Assembly: GCA_035506295.1 (NCBI GenBank)
Contig: DATJPR010000205.1
Location: 5,053-69,052, forward strand
DNA: 64,000 nucleotides
Reading direction: 5' to 3'
Source of the DNA: Bacteroidota bacterium
GTDB taxonomy: Bacteria; Bacteroidota; Ignavibacteria; UBA10030; UBA6906
Numbering within the stretch: position 1 is the stretch's first letter; each line of letters begins with the position of its first letter. Below are positions 20,227 through 31,438 of this stretch, one piece after another. A model generated the notes under the pieces. That model did no database searches and was not told where the DNA came from. It worked only from the letters and a program-made list of their open reading frames with translations. A program made the translations under genes and the position numbers.

Positions 20227-20308
20227 TCCACAACAGCCTGCGATGTGAATCTCCGGGTGTGCCTCCTCATAATGAACGCAAATCCGCTCCCCAAAGCAAC
20301 CCGGAATC

Positions 20309-21568
20309 TCACTCGTAGCGGAGTGACTCAATCGGATCAAGCGCCGCCGCTTTCCAGGCGGGATAGACACCGAAGATCAATCCGACGAGCGAAGTCACGC
20401 CGACACCGATGGCAGCCCAGTCCCACGGGATCACCGCGGGCGCGCTGACCAGCAGACCGACCACATTTCCACCGAGAATCCCGAGGACGATTCCCACGAT
20501 GCCGCCGATTTCACACAGGATGACGGCTTCAATAATGAACTGTGCGAGGATGTCCCGCTTCATGGCACCGACCGATTTCCTTATGCCGATCTCGCGGGTC
20601 CGCTCGGTCACAGACACGAGCATGATGTTCATGATGCCGACGCCGGCGGCGAGCAGGGCGATGGAACTCACCAGGAGGACGCCCAGTCTCAGGTAGAGCG
20701 TGAACTCGTTGAACTGTGTCACGAGAGAGTCGTTGGAGAAATAGCCGAAGTCGTCATCATCACCGGGCGCCACCTTGCGCGCCGTGCGGAGAATCAGCCG
20801 TGCCTCCTCGATGCAATCGTCAAGCACTTCCCGGCTCTTCGCCTTCACCATGATATGAATATCCGTGGACTCCTTGCCGTACGCATTGAAAAACGTCGTA
20901 ATGGGCATGACCAGGAAGTTGTCCTGGTTCCCACCGAGGGCGCCGCCTTTCTTCTGAAAGACGCCGATGATCTGATAGATCGCGCCGTCGAGGCGGATCG
21001 ACTGTCCGACGGGGTCGATATTTTCCGGAAAGAGCTTTTCGGTGAGCGTGCTGCCAAGGACCACCACTTTCGCGGCGTTCTGCAGGTCCTGCTGGCCGAT
21101 GGCCCGTCCGTTCATCACGCTCCAGTCGTTTGTCGGGATCCCTTCGACGTCTTCCCCCGCCACCTGGATGTTCGGATTGGTCTTCTGTCCGTTCCAGACC
21201 ACGGTCTTGCCGAACCTCCACCCCTCGATCCCGACCATCTCAGCATGAGTGATTTTCTCCTTCACGGCCGAAGCCTGTTCATAGGAGATGTTCTTCCGGT
21301 TCCTGTATTTCCTCCGCATCGCGCGCTCGTCTCCCATCACCACGGGGAATTTCTGCATCTGGAAGGTGTTTGCGCCGAGCTGGGAGATCCCTTCCTCGAT
21401 GGCATTGCGGAGGACGGAGACTGCGGTCATCACCGCGATAATGGAGAACACGCCGACAGCGATGCCGAGGAGAGTCAGGATGGAGCGAAGCTTCGAAGAC
21501 CGCACCGCGGCAAGCGCCATGGCGGTGCTTTCGCGGATCTGGGACCACTCATGCGTGAACCAGCTCAT
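20309..21568 (-). CDS. ABC transporter permease, FtsX/MacB-like (paralog 1 of 3 near-identical copies)
   Basis: MacB periplasmic domain plus C-terminal FtsX 4-TM region ('GIRKSVGAMKRDILAQF'). ATG verified. Confidence 0.85.
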   Translation of the reverse strand: MSWFTHEWSQIRESTAMALAAVRSSKLRSILTLLGIAVGVFSIIAVMTAVSVLRNAIEEGISQLGANTFQMQKFPVVMGDERAMRRKYRNRKNISYEQASAVKEKITHAEMVGIEGWRFGKTVVWNGQKTNPNIQVAGEDVEGIPTNDWSVMNGRAIGQQDLQNAAKVVVLGSTLTEKLFPENIDPVGQSIRLDGAIYQIIGVFQKKGGALGGNQDNFLVMPITTFFNAYGKESTDIHIMVKAKSREVLDDCIEEARLILRTARKVAPGDDDDFGYFSNDSLVTQFNEFTLYLRLGVLLVSSIALLAAGVGIMNIMLVSVTERTREIGIRKSVGAMKRDILAQFIIEAVILCEIGGIVGIVLGILGGNVVGLLVSAPAVIPWDWAAIGVGVTSLVGLIFGVYPAWKAAALDPIESLRYE

Positions 21569-21631
21569 AGCGAACCTCCAACAAATGAGTGGTGTGCGCC
21601 TGTCAAGGTACGTACGACAAGAAAGAACAGT

Positions 21632-22894
21632 TCACTCGTAACGGAGCGATTCGATGGGATCGAGCGCCGACGCCTTCCACGCAGGATACACGCCGAAGAC
21701 AAGCCCGACGAAGGAGCAAACGGCGATCCCGATTCCCGCCCAATCCCACGGCATCACGGCCGGCGCGTGCACAACCAGTCCGACGACATTTCCCCCGAGA
21801 ATACCGAGGATGATACCGGCAATGCCCCCGATCTCGCACAGGACCACCGCCTCCGCCATGAACTGGGCAAGAATATCGCGTTTCATCGCCCCGACGGATT
21901 TCCTGATGCCGATCTCATGCGTCCGCTCCGTGACCGACACCAACATGATATTCATGACCCCGACGCCTGCAGCGATCAACGCTATGGAACTTACCAGGAG
22001 GACGCCGAGACGCAGCGAGAGCGTAAACTCATTGAACTGCTTCACGAGCAAGTCGTTGGAGAAATACCCGAAATCGTCGTCCTCGCCCGGCGGGACATTT
22101 CGCGCCGCGCGGAGGATCATTCTCGCCTCTTCAATGCAGTCATCGATCGCTTCGCGACTCTGCGCTTTCACGAGAATGTGCAGATCCGTCGATGCCTTCC
22201 CGTACGTGCTGAAGAACGTCGTGAGAGGAATCGCAAGAAAGTTGTCCTGCGTGCCGCCGAGGGATCCCCCTCTTTTCTGGAACAGTCCGATCACTTGATA
22301 GAGGGAACCGTCCAGGCGGATGGTCTCGCCGATCGGATTGATATTCGGCGGGAAGAGCTTCTCCCGGAGCGCGCTTCCGAGAACGGCGACACGAGATGCC
22401 CTCTGCAGGTCCTGCGCGCCGAGCGCGCGCCCCTCGCTGACCGTCCAGGCGTTCGTGCGGATTCCATCGATGTCTTCGCCCGCCAACTGCACGTTGGGAT
22501 TTGTCCGCTGCCCGTTCCACACCACCACTTTTCCGTACCGCCATCCGTCCACGCCGACCATCTCCGCCAGGGAGGTCCTTTCCTTCACTGCGAGCGCCTC
22601 CTCATAGGTAATGTTCTTGCGGTTCCTGTAATTCCGGTGGACGCCATGATGATCATCGCCCATGACAGCCGGAAATTTCTGGATCTGGAAGGTATTCACG
22701 CCAAGCTGGGAGATGCCTGAGTCGATGGCGTTCCGCAGGAGAGAGACCGCGGTCATGACCGTCATGATGGAGAACACGCCGATCGCGACGCCCAGGAGGG
22801 TCAACATCGACCTGAGCTTCGATGAACGCATGGCAGCAAGTGCCATGGCGGCGCTCTCGCGAAACTGCGACCAGAGATGTGGTCCCTGGTTCAT
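21632..22894 (-). CDS. ABC transporter permease, FtsX/MacB-like (paralog 2)
   Basis: About 75-80% identical to its neighbours. ATG at 22894 verified (MNQGPHLWSQFRESAAMALAAMRSSKLRS). The track ORF extends further 5' to 23059. Confidence 0.8.
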   Translation of the reverse strand: MNQGPHLWSQFRESAAMALAAMRSSKLRSMLTLLGVAIGVFSIMTVMTAVSLLRNAIDSGISQLGVNTFQIQKFPAVMGDDHHGVHRNYRNRKNITYEEALAVKERTSLAEMVGVDGWRYGKVVVWNGQRTNPNVQLAGEDIDGIRTNAWTVSEGRALGAQDLQRASRVAVLGSALREKLFPPNINPIGETIRLDGSLYQVIGLFQKRGGSLGGTQDNFLAIPLTTFFSTYGKASTDLHILVKAQSREAIDDCIEEARMILRAARNVPPGEDDDFGYFSNDLLVKQFNEFTLSLRLGVLLVSSIALIAAGVGVMNIMLVSVTERTHEIGIRKSVGAMKRDILAQFMAEAVVLCEIGGIAGIILGILGGNVVGLVVHAPAVMPWDWAGIGIAVCSFVGLVFGVYPAWKASALDPIESLRYE

Positions 22895-22947
22895 AAGGGT
22901 ACCGCTCCCTCTGCAAGGGTGGGGACTGGACGGTACAGTGTTACGGA

Positions 22948-24207
22948 CTATTCGTAGCGAAGCGATTCGATGGGATCGAGCGCCGATGCCTTCCACGCAG
23001 GATATACGCCGAAGATCAGGCCCACCAGGGAACAGACGCCGATCCCGATGCCGGCCCAATCCCAGGGAATCACGGCCGGTGCATTGACCAGCAATCCCAC
23101 CACGTTTCCTCCGATGACGCCGAGAACGATGCCCACTAATCCGCCGATCTCGCAGAGGATCACAGCCTCCACCATGAATTGCGTGAGAATGTCGCGCTTC
23201 ATGGCGCCGATGGACTTTCGAATTCCGATCTCCCGGGTGCGTTCGGTGACGGAGACCAGCATGATATTCATGATCCCGACGCCGGCGGCAAGCAGAGCGA
23301 TGGAACTCACCAGCAGAACGCCCATACGGAGGTAGAAGGTGAACTCGTTGAACTGCGAGACCAGTGAATCGTTCGAGAAGTAGCCAAAGTCGTCGTCGGC
23401 GCCTGGCGGGACCTTCCTCGCGGTGCGAAGGATCATCCGCGCCTGCTCGATGCAGTCATCCAAAACTTCGCGGCTCTTCGCCTTGACCATGATATGAAGA
23501 TCGACGTTGTCCTTGCCATAGACATTGAAGAATGTCGACAAGGGGATAATCATGAAGTTGTCCTGGTTTCCGCCGAGCGATCCGCCCTTCTTCTGCAGCA
23601 CGCCAATGATCTGAAACAGATTCCCGTCGACACGAATGGTCTCGCCGACCGGATTGATGTTTTCGGGGAACAGTTTTTCCGACAACGTGCTTCCGATGAT
23701 AGCCACCTTGGCCGCCATCTCCATGTCCTGCTGCCCGATGGTCCGGCCGTTGGCAATCGACCAGTCGTTCGTCGGGATTCCCTCGACATTCTCTCCCCCC
23801 ACGCTCACGTTCGGGTTGGTCTTCTGTCCCTGCCAGACCACCACACGCCCGCCGCGCCACCCTTCGATGCCGACGAGCTCGGCCAGTGTCGCTTTTTCGT
23901 GCACGGCCATGGCTTCTTCGTACGTGATGTTCCTGCGGTTGCGGTATTTCATCCGCATCGCATGGTTGTCGCCCATGACCACGGGATACTTCTGCAACTG
24001 AAAGGTATTGACGCCGAGCTGGGACATCCCTTCTTCGATCGCGTTCCGAAGGACCGTCACCGCGGTCATCACCGCAATGATCGAAAACACGCCTACGGCA
24101 ATCCCGAGGAGCGTCAGGATCGAGCGCAGTTTCGCCGAGCGCACGGCCGCAATGGCCATCGCCATGCTTTCACGGATTTGCGACAGCTGCTGGACGAGTC
24201 TACTCAT
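22948..24207 (-). CDS. ABC transporter permease, FtsX/MacB-like (paralog 3)
   Basis: About 80% identical to paralog 1. ATG verified. Overlaps the upstream permease gene by 8 nt. Confidence 0.85.
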   Translation of the reverse strand: MSRLVQQLSQIRESMAMAIAAVRSAKLRSILTLLGIAVGVFSIIAVMTAVTVLRNAIEEGMSQLGVNTFQLQKYPVVMGDNHAMRMKYRNRRNITYEEAMAVHEKATLAELVGIEGWRGGRVVVWQGQKTNPNVSVGGENVEGIPTNDWSIANGRTIGQQDMEMAAKVAIIGSTLSEKLFPENINPVGETIRVDGNLFQIIGVLQKKGGSLGGNQDNFMIIPLSTFFNVYGKDNVDLHIMVKAKSREVLDDCIEQARMILRTARKVPPGADDDFGYFSNDSLVSQFNEFTFYLRMGVLLVSSIALLAAGVGIMNIMLVSVTERTREIGIRKSIGAMKRDILTQFMVEAVILCEIGGLVGIVLGVIGGNVVGLLVNAPAVIPWDWAGIGIGVCSLVGLIFGVYPAWKASALDPIESLRYE

Positions 24208-25423
24208 AGCGGAGCGCTTCCACGGGATCCATTTTTGCAGCGCGGTATGCCGGGAGGAACCCCGATATCACACCGACAAAGAGCGAAATCAAGATGGAGA
24301 TCGCCACTACCGACAGCGGCATCGCGGTCGGGAGAAATTGATTCACAATCAGGCTCAACGGGAAGGCGAACATCAGGCCGATAATTCCTCCTATCAGACA
24401 GATCGAGGCAGACTCTGCAAGGAATTGCAGCAGGATGGTCCTCCGTTTTGCGCCGATGGCTTTCCGGATCCCAATCTCTTTCGTCCGCTCGGTCACAGAA
24501 ACAAACATGATATTCATGATCCCGATGCTGCCGACAAACAGCGACAGGCCGGTGATGAAGAGCCCGATGATCGCAATCGTCGTGCTGATCGGATCGAAGA
24601 ATTGCAGGAGAACATCCTGCTGGTTCACATTGAAATCGTTGCTCTTGCCGGGAGGAAGGTCGCGGATCTGACGCATGATTCCCTCAATCTCAATCTTGGC
24701 GTCGTCCATTTCCTTCTGATTTTGCACGCGGACCTGGATCGTCACGTCCCGCCGCGCCCCGAAATGGTTTTCGAATGATATGAGGGGAACGAAGACGCGT
24801 GAATCGCTCGTGAAGGTTCCGAACATGCCGCCCTGTTTCTCGAACACGCCAACGATCGTATACGGATACCCGGCCACCCGGATGGTCTTGCCGATCGGGT
24901 CTTCATTATAGAAGAGGTTCTCGACGATGCTCGCGCCGACAGCACAGACCGGACGACCTCCCGCCGATTCTTCCGCGGTGAAAAATCTCCCGTCCGCTAT
25001 GGTTCCGCCCGACGCATTGAGATACTGGTTCGTCGTTCCGCTGATGAACGCGGATTCCACCGAGTTGCTGCCGTACGAAACGCGGCGGACCGTCCCGATC
25101 ACGGGCGCCACCGCATCGACGAGCGTGGCCTGGCGTTCGATCTTCGCCGCGTACTGGACCTTGATGTTGCGGCGGTTCCGGATCGTCGACCAGTCTTCAT
25201 TCGACACCCATGGCCATTTCTGGACATACAGCACATCGGTCCCGAACGCCGCGGCGCTCCTGTCGAACGCCCTGTTGATTCCCTCGATGGCCGTCGCCAT
25301 CACCGTGACCGAAACGATGCCGATGACGATGCCGAGCGTGGTGAGAATCGAGCGCATCTTGTTCGCGCGAATGGCGCGGAACGAAATCGCGAGACCCTCG
25401 ACGAGTTCCTGAAAGAAATACAT
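24200..25423 (-). CDS. ABC transporter permease, FtsX family (divergent fourth permease)
   Basis: N-terminal TM, large periplasmic domain and C-terminal FtsX TMs ('GIRKAIGAKRRTILLQFLAES'). Confidence 0.8.
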   Translation of the reverse strand: MYFFQELVEGLAISFRAIRANKMRSILTTLGIVIGIVSVTVMATAIEGINRAFDRSAAAFGTDVLYVQKWPWVSNEDWSTIRNRRNIKVQYAAKIERQATLVDAVAPVIGTVRRVSYGSNSVESAFISGTTNQYLNASGGTIADGRFFTAEESAGGRPVCAVGASIVENLFYNEDPIGKTIRVAGYPYTIVGVFEKQGGMFGTFTSDSRVFVPLISFENHFGARRDVTIQVRVQNQKEMDDAKIEIEGIMRQIRDLPPGKSNDFNVNQQDVLLQFFDPISTTIAIIGLFITGLSLFVGSIGIMNIMFVSVTERTKEIGIRKAIGAKRRTILLQFLAESASICLIGGIIGLMFAFPLSLIVNQFLPTAMPLSVVAISILISLFVGVISGFLPAYRAAKMDPVEALRYE

Positions 25424-25435
25424 CGGACCTCCTCG

Positions 25436-26161
<726 letters not shown>

Positions 26162-26182
26162 TGGTCGTTCCTTGTTATACAC

Positions 26183-27463
26183 TCACGAGGGGTTGGGCGT
26201 TGTTTGACCGGGCTTCTTCGCCTCTTCGACTTTCACCTTCGACCCGTCTTCGATCTCCCGGTTGATCGCTTTGTAGCTTCCGGATACCACCTGCGCCCCT
26301 TCCTGCGGTCCCTGGACCAGCTCGACGTACGAATCATTGCTGATGCCGCGTTTCACAGGCACGGCCTTCGCGACCCCATTCTCCACGACGAACACGATCT
26401 CCTTCGGCTTGTTCTCTGCACGGGACCGCAGGCTCTGAGTAGTAGTGGTGGACGTGGTCGTCACCTGACCCGACTGCTGGTCGCCCTGACCTTCTTTCAT
26501 TTCCATCTTGGGCATGCGGGTCGTCACGCTCTGGATTGGCACGCAAAGCACGTTGTCTTTCGTCTGGCACTCGATGTCCGCCGTCATCGACATCCCCGGG
26601 CGCAACGGCACGTCCTTATCAAGAACCCGCATCTTGACCGTAAAGTTCGTGACTTCCTCTTGCGTCCCGGCGCCGGTGGTGGTGCCGGTGTTGGCGATTT
26701 CATACACCACCGCGTTCACCTTCCTGTCCGGAATTGCATCGACCGCCACCCTTGCCGTGTCCCCGATGTGGACCAGAATCACGTCGTTCTCGCTCACGTC
26801 CACCTGTGCTTCCATCCGGGTCAGGTCGGCGATCGTCATGACGTTGGTGCCCTGGAACTGTTGTGTTCCGAGCACGCGCTCGCCCAGCTCGGAATTCAAC
26901 TGGCTGACCGTTCCGTCCATGGGGGCAGTGACCGTCGTTTTTCTAAGACTCTCTTCCGCCTGATCCAGTGAAGCCTGTGCCTGGGCATAGCTGGCTTTCG
27001 CGGACTCGTACGCCGCGCGCGACTGGTCGAAATCGGACTGGGAGATCAGCCCCTTCTTGAAGAGTGCCTCGCTGCGCTGGAAGTCGGGTTGCGTCTTCCC
27101 GAGCGTGGACTTCGCCTGGAGCACTGCCGCGGCGAACTGGTTTCGCTGGGCAATGTACACGTCCGGTTTGATCTTCATGAGAAGATCACCCTTTTTGACG
27201 TGGTACCCTTCCTTCACCGGGAGAGAGACGATTTCACCGGAGACTTCGGGGGAGATATCCACCTTGACTTCCGGTTGGATCTTCCCGGTGGCCGTCACCA
27301 CCTGCGTGATCGTGCGCCGCGCAACCTTTTCCACCTGCACGGAAATAATCGGCTCCTTCTTGCTGCCCATCAAGACGATGATTGCCAGGGCGACGATGAC
27401 GATGCCGAGCACTGAGAAGATGATGATTTTTTTCCGTTTGGACTTCTTGCCGTTCGTGGCCAT
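26183..27463 (-). CDS. Efflux transporter periplasmic adaptor (HlyD/MacA family)
   Basis: N-terminal TM, long coiled-coil, beta-barrel domain and C-terminal Ser/Thr-rich tail. Confidence 0.85.
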   Translation of the reverse strand: MATNGKKSKRKKIIIFSVLGIVIVALAIIVLMGSKKEPIISVQVEKVARRTITQVVTATGKIQPEVKVDISPEVSGEIVSLPVKEGYHVKKGDLLMKIKPDVYIAQRNQFAAAVLQAKSTLGKTQPDFQRSEALFKKGLISQSDFDQSRAAYESAKASYAQAQASLDQAEESLRKTTVTAPMDGTVSQLNSELGERVLGTQQFQGTNVMTIADLTRMEAQVDVSENDVILVHIGDTARVAVDAIPDRKVNAVVYEIANTGTTTGAGTQEEVTNFTVKMRVLDKDVPLRPGMSMTADIECQTKDNVLCVPIQSVTTRMPKMEMKEGQGDQQSGQVTTTSTTTTQSLRSRAENKPKEIVFVVENGVAKAVPVKRGISNDSYVELVQGPQEGAQVVSGSYKAINREIEDGSKVKVEEAKKPGQTTPNPS

Positions 27464-27503
27464 TGACGCTGCTCCTTCGAAAAATGAGGGATCGGTCGAT
27501 CCG

Positions 27504-28862
27504 TTAGTATTGATGCTCCCCGATCACGTATTCGACGTTCTTCTTGGAGATCAGATAGTTGTAGGACGCATTCACCAGGTTCGCCTGGGCATTCACGAGG
27601 TTCGCGCTGGCGGTAAGGAGATCGAGAAGCGTGCCGGCGCCCAGATTGTATTTTTCTTCGGCAATCTTCCGGTCCTCAGTTGCGGACCGCACGCCATCCT
27701 GACTCACCTGATACTGCTTCCGGGCGGCGTCGAGATTCAAAAGGGCCTTTTTGACGTCCACCATGATGTTCAACTGCGTCTGAGAAAGATTCACCTGGGC
27801 GTTGCGCTGTTGTGTCAGGGCGCTCTGGAGCGACTGGTTCGTCTGGAACGCATCAAAGAGATTCCATCGCAGCTGGAGTCCCCAGTTGAGGCCACGATAG
27901 TCGCCGATGGTGTTGAGCTCCGTTGCGGGGCCCAACCCCCAACCGGCGAATGCGCTGATGGAGGGGAAATATCCGCTGCGCGCGGAGGTGACGCCGGACT
28001 CCGCAGCACTCAGCTGCTCATTCGCACTCAGATAATCAGGACGCGCGTCCATTGCCCGCTGGCTCAGCGCGGCAATATCCGAGTAGGCCTTCGTCGTGGA
28101 GTCGATGTCCGCCTTTGTCACCACGGTCGAGACCGTGGAGTCCGTGATCGTGTAGTCTTCCCCCGCATTGAGTCCCACAAGGGCAAGAAGATCGGCCTTC
28201 GCTCCGTCGTAATTGTTTTGTGCGGTAATCACCGCGAGCTCATCGGCGGCGACGGTCGACTGCTGACGGTACACATCGGCGATCGCCGCGGCCCCCACCT
28301 TGTTCGATTCCACGATGCGCTCGAGCTGACGGTTGTCGCGCTTGAGGTTTTCCTCGTTGACACTGACCAGCTGTTGGTTCCGGAGAACGTTCAGGTAGTC
28401 GCTTTCGACCTGGTATATCACACTCTGGCGAGTCCTCTGTCCGACGTGCTCCGTCGACACTGCGTTCATCTTGGCACGGTTGAACTGCCCTTCGCGATTG
28501 AGTCCGTCGAAGAGAAGGTAGTTCACACTGACATTGGTCGTAAATTGATTTTGCACCGTGAGCCCGCTTGAGCCGGAACTGATGGGTATGCCGTTAAAGT
28601 AAACCGGCTGGCTTGCGGGCCGCTGTGACTGGTACCGCTCCGCAGTCGCACTCGCAGAGAGCGTTGGGAGATAGCTGCCATAGGCCGCGAGGACAGACCC
28701 TTGCGCGGAGCTGACATTATTGTCGGCCTGCACAACTGACAGGTTCCTTTCCAGCGCCATGGCCTTTGCTTCGCTCAAAGTGAGCACTTTCGATTGGCCA
28801 AAAAAGGTGGCAGGATACATCGTGATCATCGCGAGCACTAGGCCGCCGGACAGTCGCTTCAT
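27504..28862 (-). CDS. TolC-family outer membrane protein (first gene of the ABC efflux operon)
   Basis: ATG at 28862 verified (MKRLSGGLVLAMITMYPATFFGQ signal peptide). Two OEP repeats. Confidence 0.8.
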   Translation of the reverse strand: MKRLSGGLVLAMITMYPATFFGQSKVLTLSEAKAMALERNLSVVQADNNVSSAQGSVLAAYGSYLPTLSASATAERYQSQRPASQPVYFNGIPISSGSSGLTVQNQFTTNVSVNYLLFDGLNREGQFNRAKMNAVSTEHVGQRTRQSVIYQVESDYLNVLRNQQLVSVNEENLKRDNRQLERIVESNKVGAAAIADVYRQQSTVAADELAVITAQNNYDGAKADLLALVGLNAGEDYTITDSTVSTVVTKADIDSTTKAYSDIAALSQRAMDARPDYLSANEQLSAAESGVTSARSGYFPSISAFAGWGLGPATELNTIGDYRGLNWGLQLRWNLFDAFQTNQSLQSALTQQRNAQVNLSQTQLNIMVDVKKALLNLDAARKQYQVSQDGVRSATEDRKIAEEKYNLGAGTLLDLLTASANLVNAQANLVNASYNYLISKKNVEYVIGEHQY

Positions 28863-29047
28863 CGTTGGCTCCAGGGAATATTTCTCGAAGGTCGACCCCG
28901 ATTTGGGGGCTCTATCCACCCCCTCAGGCGGGGGACCAGTGGTGGGTGGAAATGCACCAAAAACCGCCATTCTGAGGTCAAATACTACATCATTAGACGG
29001 TCAATAAAGGTGAAAGTTTCATCATGAAAAACGGAAAAACGGCCCGG

Positions 29048-30451
29048 TTACCTTTCTGTGTACGTATCTTTTATTGAGAGAAGGTACGCCAGCGCGGCAT
29101 CATGTTCGTTGGGTATGGTTCCTTCGAGTATTGCCTCTTCAATCGCCTTCTTCAGAACGCCGACGGCCTTGCCGGGCGCAAGTCCACAGACCTGCATGAT
29201 CTCATCTCCCTTCACCGGCGGTTGCCAGTTGCGGAGCCTGTCCTTCTCCTCCACTTCGACAATCTTCTTCATGACGAGATCGTAGTTCTTCAGGTACTGC
29301 CGCACGAGCCTGGGATTCTTCGAGGTGATGTCGGCGCGGCACAGCTTCATCAGATCGTCGATGTCGTTCCCCGTGTCGAAGACCAGCCGGCGTACCGCGG
29401 AGTCCGTTACCGAGCTGTCGACGAGCGCCATCGGCCTCAAATGGAACCGCACCAGTTTCTCGACATACGGCAGGGCATCGAACGGCAGGCGCATGCGCTG
29501 GAAAATCTTCCGCATCATGCGCGCGCCGATTTCCTCGTGCCCATGAAACGTCCAACCCACCCCCTCCTTGAAGGCTTTGGTCCTCGGCTTCGCGATGTCA
29601 TGGACGAGCGCCACAAACCGGAGCCAGACATTGTCGGTCGTCCCGGCAATATTGTCAACCACCGTGCAGGTGTGAAGGAAGACATCCTTGTGGTGATGGT
29701 CCCTCCGTTGATCCACACCGGCCATCTGGGCGATCTCCGGGAAGACGATGTGGAGCACGCCGGTCTCATACATCAGGATGAGGCCCGTTGACGGCTTTGC
29801 GCTCTGGAGGAGCTTCAGCAGCTCTTCGGTGATCCGTTCCTGCGAGACCACCTGCAGCCGATCCTTCATCGCCTTGATCGCATCAAGCGCAGGAGCGTCG
29901 AGCTCGAATCCGAGTTGTGCCACGAAGCGAATCGCCCGCAGAATTCGCAACGGGTCGTCCTCGAAGGTCTGCACGGGGTCGAGCGGCGTCCGGAGAATCC
30001 GGCGCGAGATGTCCTCTTCGCCATGCAGCGGATCCGCAAGTGCACCGAACCTGCCTGCATTCAGTGATGCAGCGATTGCATTCACAGTGAAGTCCCTGCG
30101 CAGGAGATCCTCCTGAAGCGTCGCGGCCTGCACGTCGGGATTCCGCGAGTCGGGATGATAGGCCTCTTTCCGGGCACCCACAAATTCCACCTTGCCCTGC
30201 GTGAACGGAATCATGGCCGTCCCGAACCGATCGAAGGTCACCACCGTCTGTTGTCCGAGCTTCTTTGCGACCGCTCGGGCGAAAGCGATGCCGTCGCCGA
30301 CAATGACGATGTCGATGTCCTTCACCGCCCGCCCCATGATCACGTCGCGGACGAACCCGCCCACCGCATACGCCTCAACTCCCAGTTCATCCGCCACCGC
30401 ACCGATGCGTTGCAGAAGCTCGTTCCCGACCGGCAACACCCGTGGACTCAT
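29048..30451 (-). CDS. CCA-adding tRNA nucleotidyltransferase (PolyA_pol head domain plus HD domain)
   Basis: 'AYAVGGFVRDVIMGRAVKDIDIVI' is the NTase head motif. HD motif 'FVALVHDIAKP' plus a C-terminal tail. Confidence 0.8.
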   Translation of the reverse strand: MSPRVLPVGNELLQRIGAVADELGVEAYAVGGFVRDVIMGRAVKDIDIVIVGDGIAFARAVAKKLGQQTVVTFDRFGTAMIPFTQGKVEFVGARKEAYHPDSRNPDVQAATLQEDLLRRDFTVNAIAASLNAGRFGALADPLHGEEDISRRILRTPLDPVQTFEDDPLRILRAIRFVAQLGFELDAPALDAIKAMKDRLQVVSQERITEELLKLLQSAKPSTGLILMYETGVLHIVFPEIAQMAGVDQRRDHHHKDVFLHTCTVVDNIAGTTDNVWLRFVALVHDIAKPRTKAFKEGVGWTFHGHEEIGARMMRKIFQRMRLPFDALPYVEKLVRFHLRPMALVDSSVTDSAVRRLVFDTGNDIDDLMKLCRADITSKNPRLVRQYLKNYDLVMKKIVEVEEKDRLRNWQPPVKGDEIMQVCGLAPGKAVGVLKKAIEEAILEGTIPNEHDAALAYLLSIKDTYTER

Positions 30452-31438
30452 CTACAGTGCGATTTTCTGTTCTTCAATTTTCCGGAGAATCAGGTTTGCG
30501 ACTTCGAGGGCTCTCCTCCCATCATCGCCGCTGACGATCGGCCGTTCCCCCCGGGCAATGCACCTCGCGAACGATTCCAGTTCGTAGCGCAGGGCATTCA
30601 CTTCCTTCACTTCCGGTTGTTCGTACACGATCTTCCGCCGGTGTTTGCCTGATCCGAGCTCGCCGAGCATCAGTGTTCCCTCAATATGCTCGTCCTCGCT
30701 TTCCACGAGGCGGAAGACCTCTGCGATTCCCTGGGAGAAGTCGATGGAGATGTATCCGTTCTGCTGGAAGAGCCTCATCTTCCTCATCTTCTTCTGGGAG
30801 ATCCGGCTTGCGGTCACATTCGCCACGCAGCCGTTGTCGAACTGCAGCCGCGCATTGGCGATGTCGACGCTGTCCGAGACGACGGCGATCCCGCTGGCGT
30901 CCACTTGCTTTACCGGCGATTGGACGAAGCTGAGAATCAGGTCGATGTCGTGGATCATGAGATCGAGGACGACCGCGACGTCCGTTCCACGAGGGTTGAA
31001 CTGGGCAAGCCGGTGCGACTCCACGAACATGGGGGCCAGCCGGTACGACTCCAGCGCGAGGATTGCAGGGTTGAACCGCTCGACATGGCCGACCTGGAGG
31101 ACCAGTTTTCCCGCGGCCGCGGCGGAGCACAATTCCTCGGCTTGAGCGACCGTTTCCGTGATCGGCTTTTCCACGAACACATGTTTTCCGCGTTTCAGGG
31201 CGTGGAGCGCGATGGCGTGATGGGCGCTTGTCGGTGCGGCAACCGTGACGGCCTCGACGCGGTCAAGCAGTGCGTCCATCGTGGGGAACACCTGCGTCTT
31301 GAGTTCTGCGGCCAGTGCGGCGGCCTTGGATGCGTCCGCATCGGTGACTCCGCCAAACGTCACGTCCGGGATCGCTGCAAGCATTTTTGCATGGAGAGAG
31401 CCGAGATGGCCGACGCCGATGACTCCGATCGCTGTCAT
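30452..31438 (-). CDS. Gfo/Idh/MocA family NAD(P)-dependent oxidoreductase
   Basis: 'IGVIGVGHLGSLHAK' Rossmann motif, 'EKP' motif and GFO_IDH_MocA C-terminal region. ATG at 31438 verified. Confidence 0.8.
   Translation of the reverse strand: MTAIGVIGVGHLGSLHAKMLAAIPDVTFGGVTDADASKAAALAAELKTQVFPTMDALLDRVEAVTVAAPTSAHHAIALHALKRGKHVFVEKPITETVAQAEELCSAAAAGKLVLQVGHVERFNPAILALESYRLAPMFVESHRLAQFNPRGTDVAVVLDLMIHDIDLILSFVQSPVKQVDASGIAVVSDSVDIANARLQFDNGCVANVTASRISQKKMRKMRLFQQNGYISIDFSQGIAEVFRLVESEDEHIEGTLMLGELGSGKHRRKIVYEQPEVKEVNALRYELESFARCIARGERPIVSGDDGRRALEVANLILRKIEEQKIAL

Noticed and set aside
21569-21631. Similar sequences in the spacers between FtsX permease paralogs (also 22895..22947)
   Set aside because: They are part of the tandem gene duplication units, carrying shared 3'UTR/RBS regions, rather than independent repeat elements.
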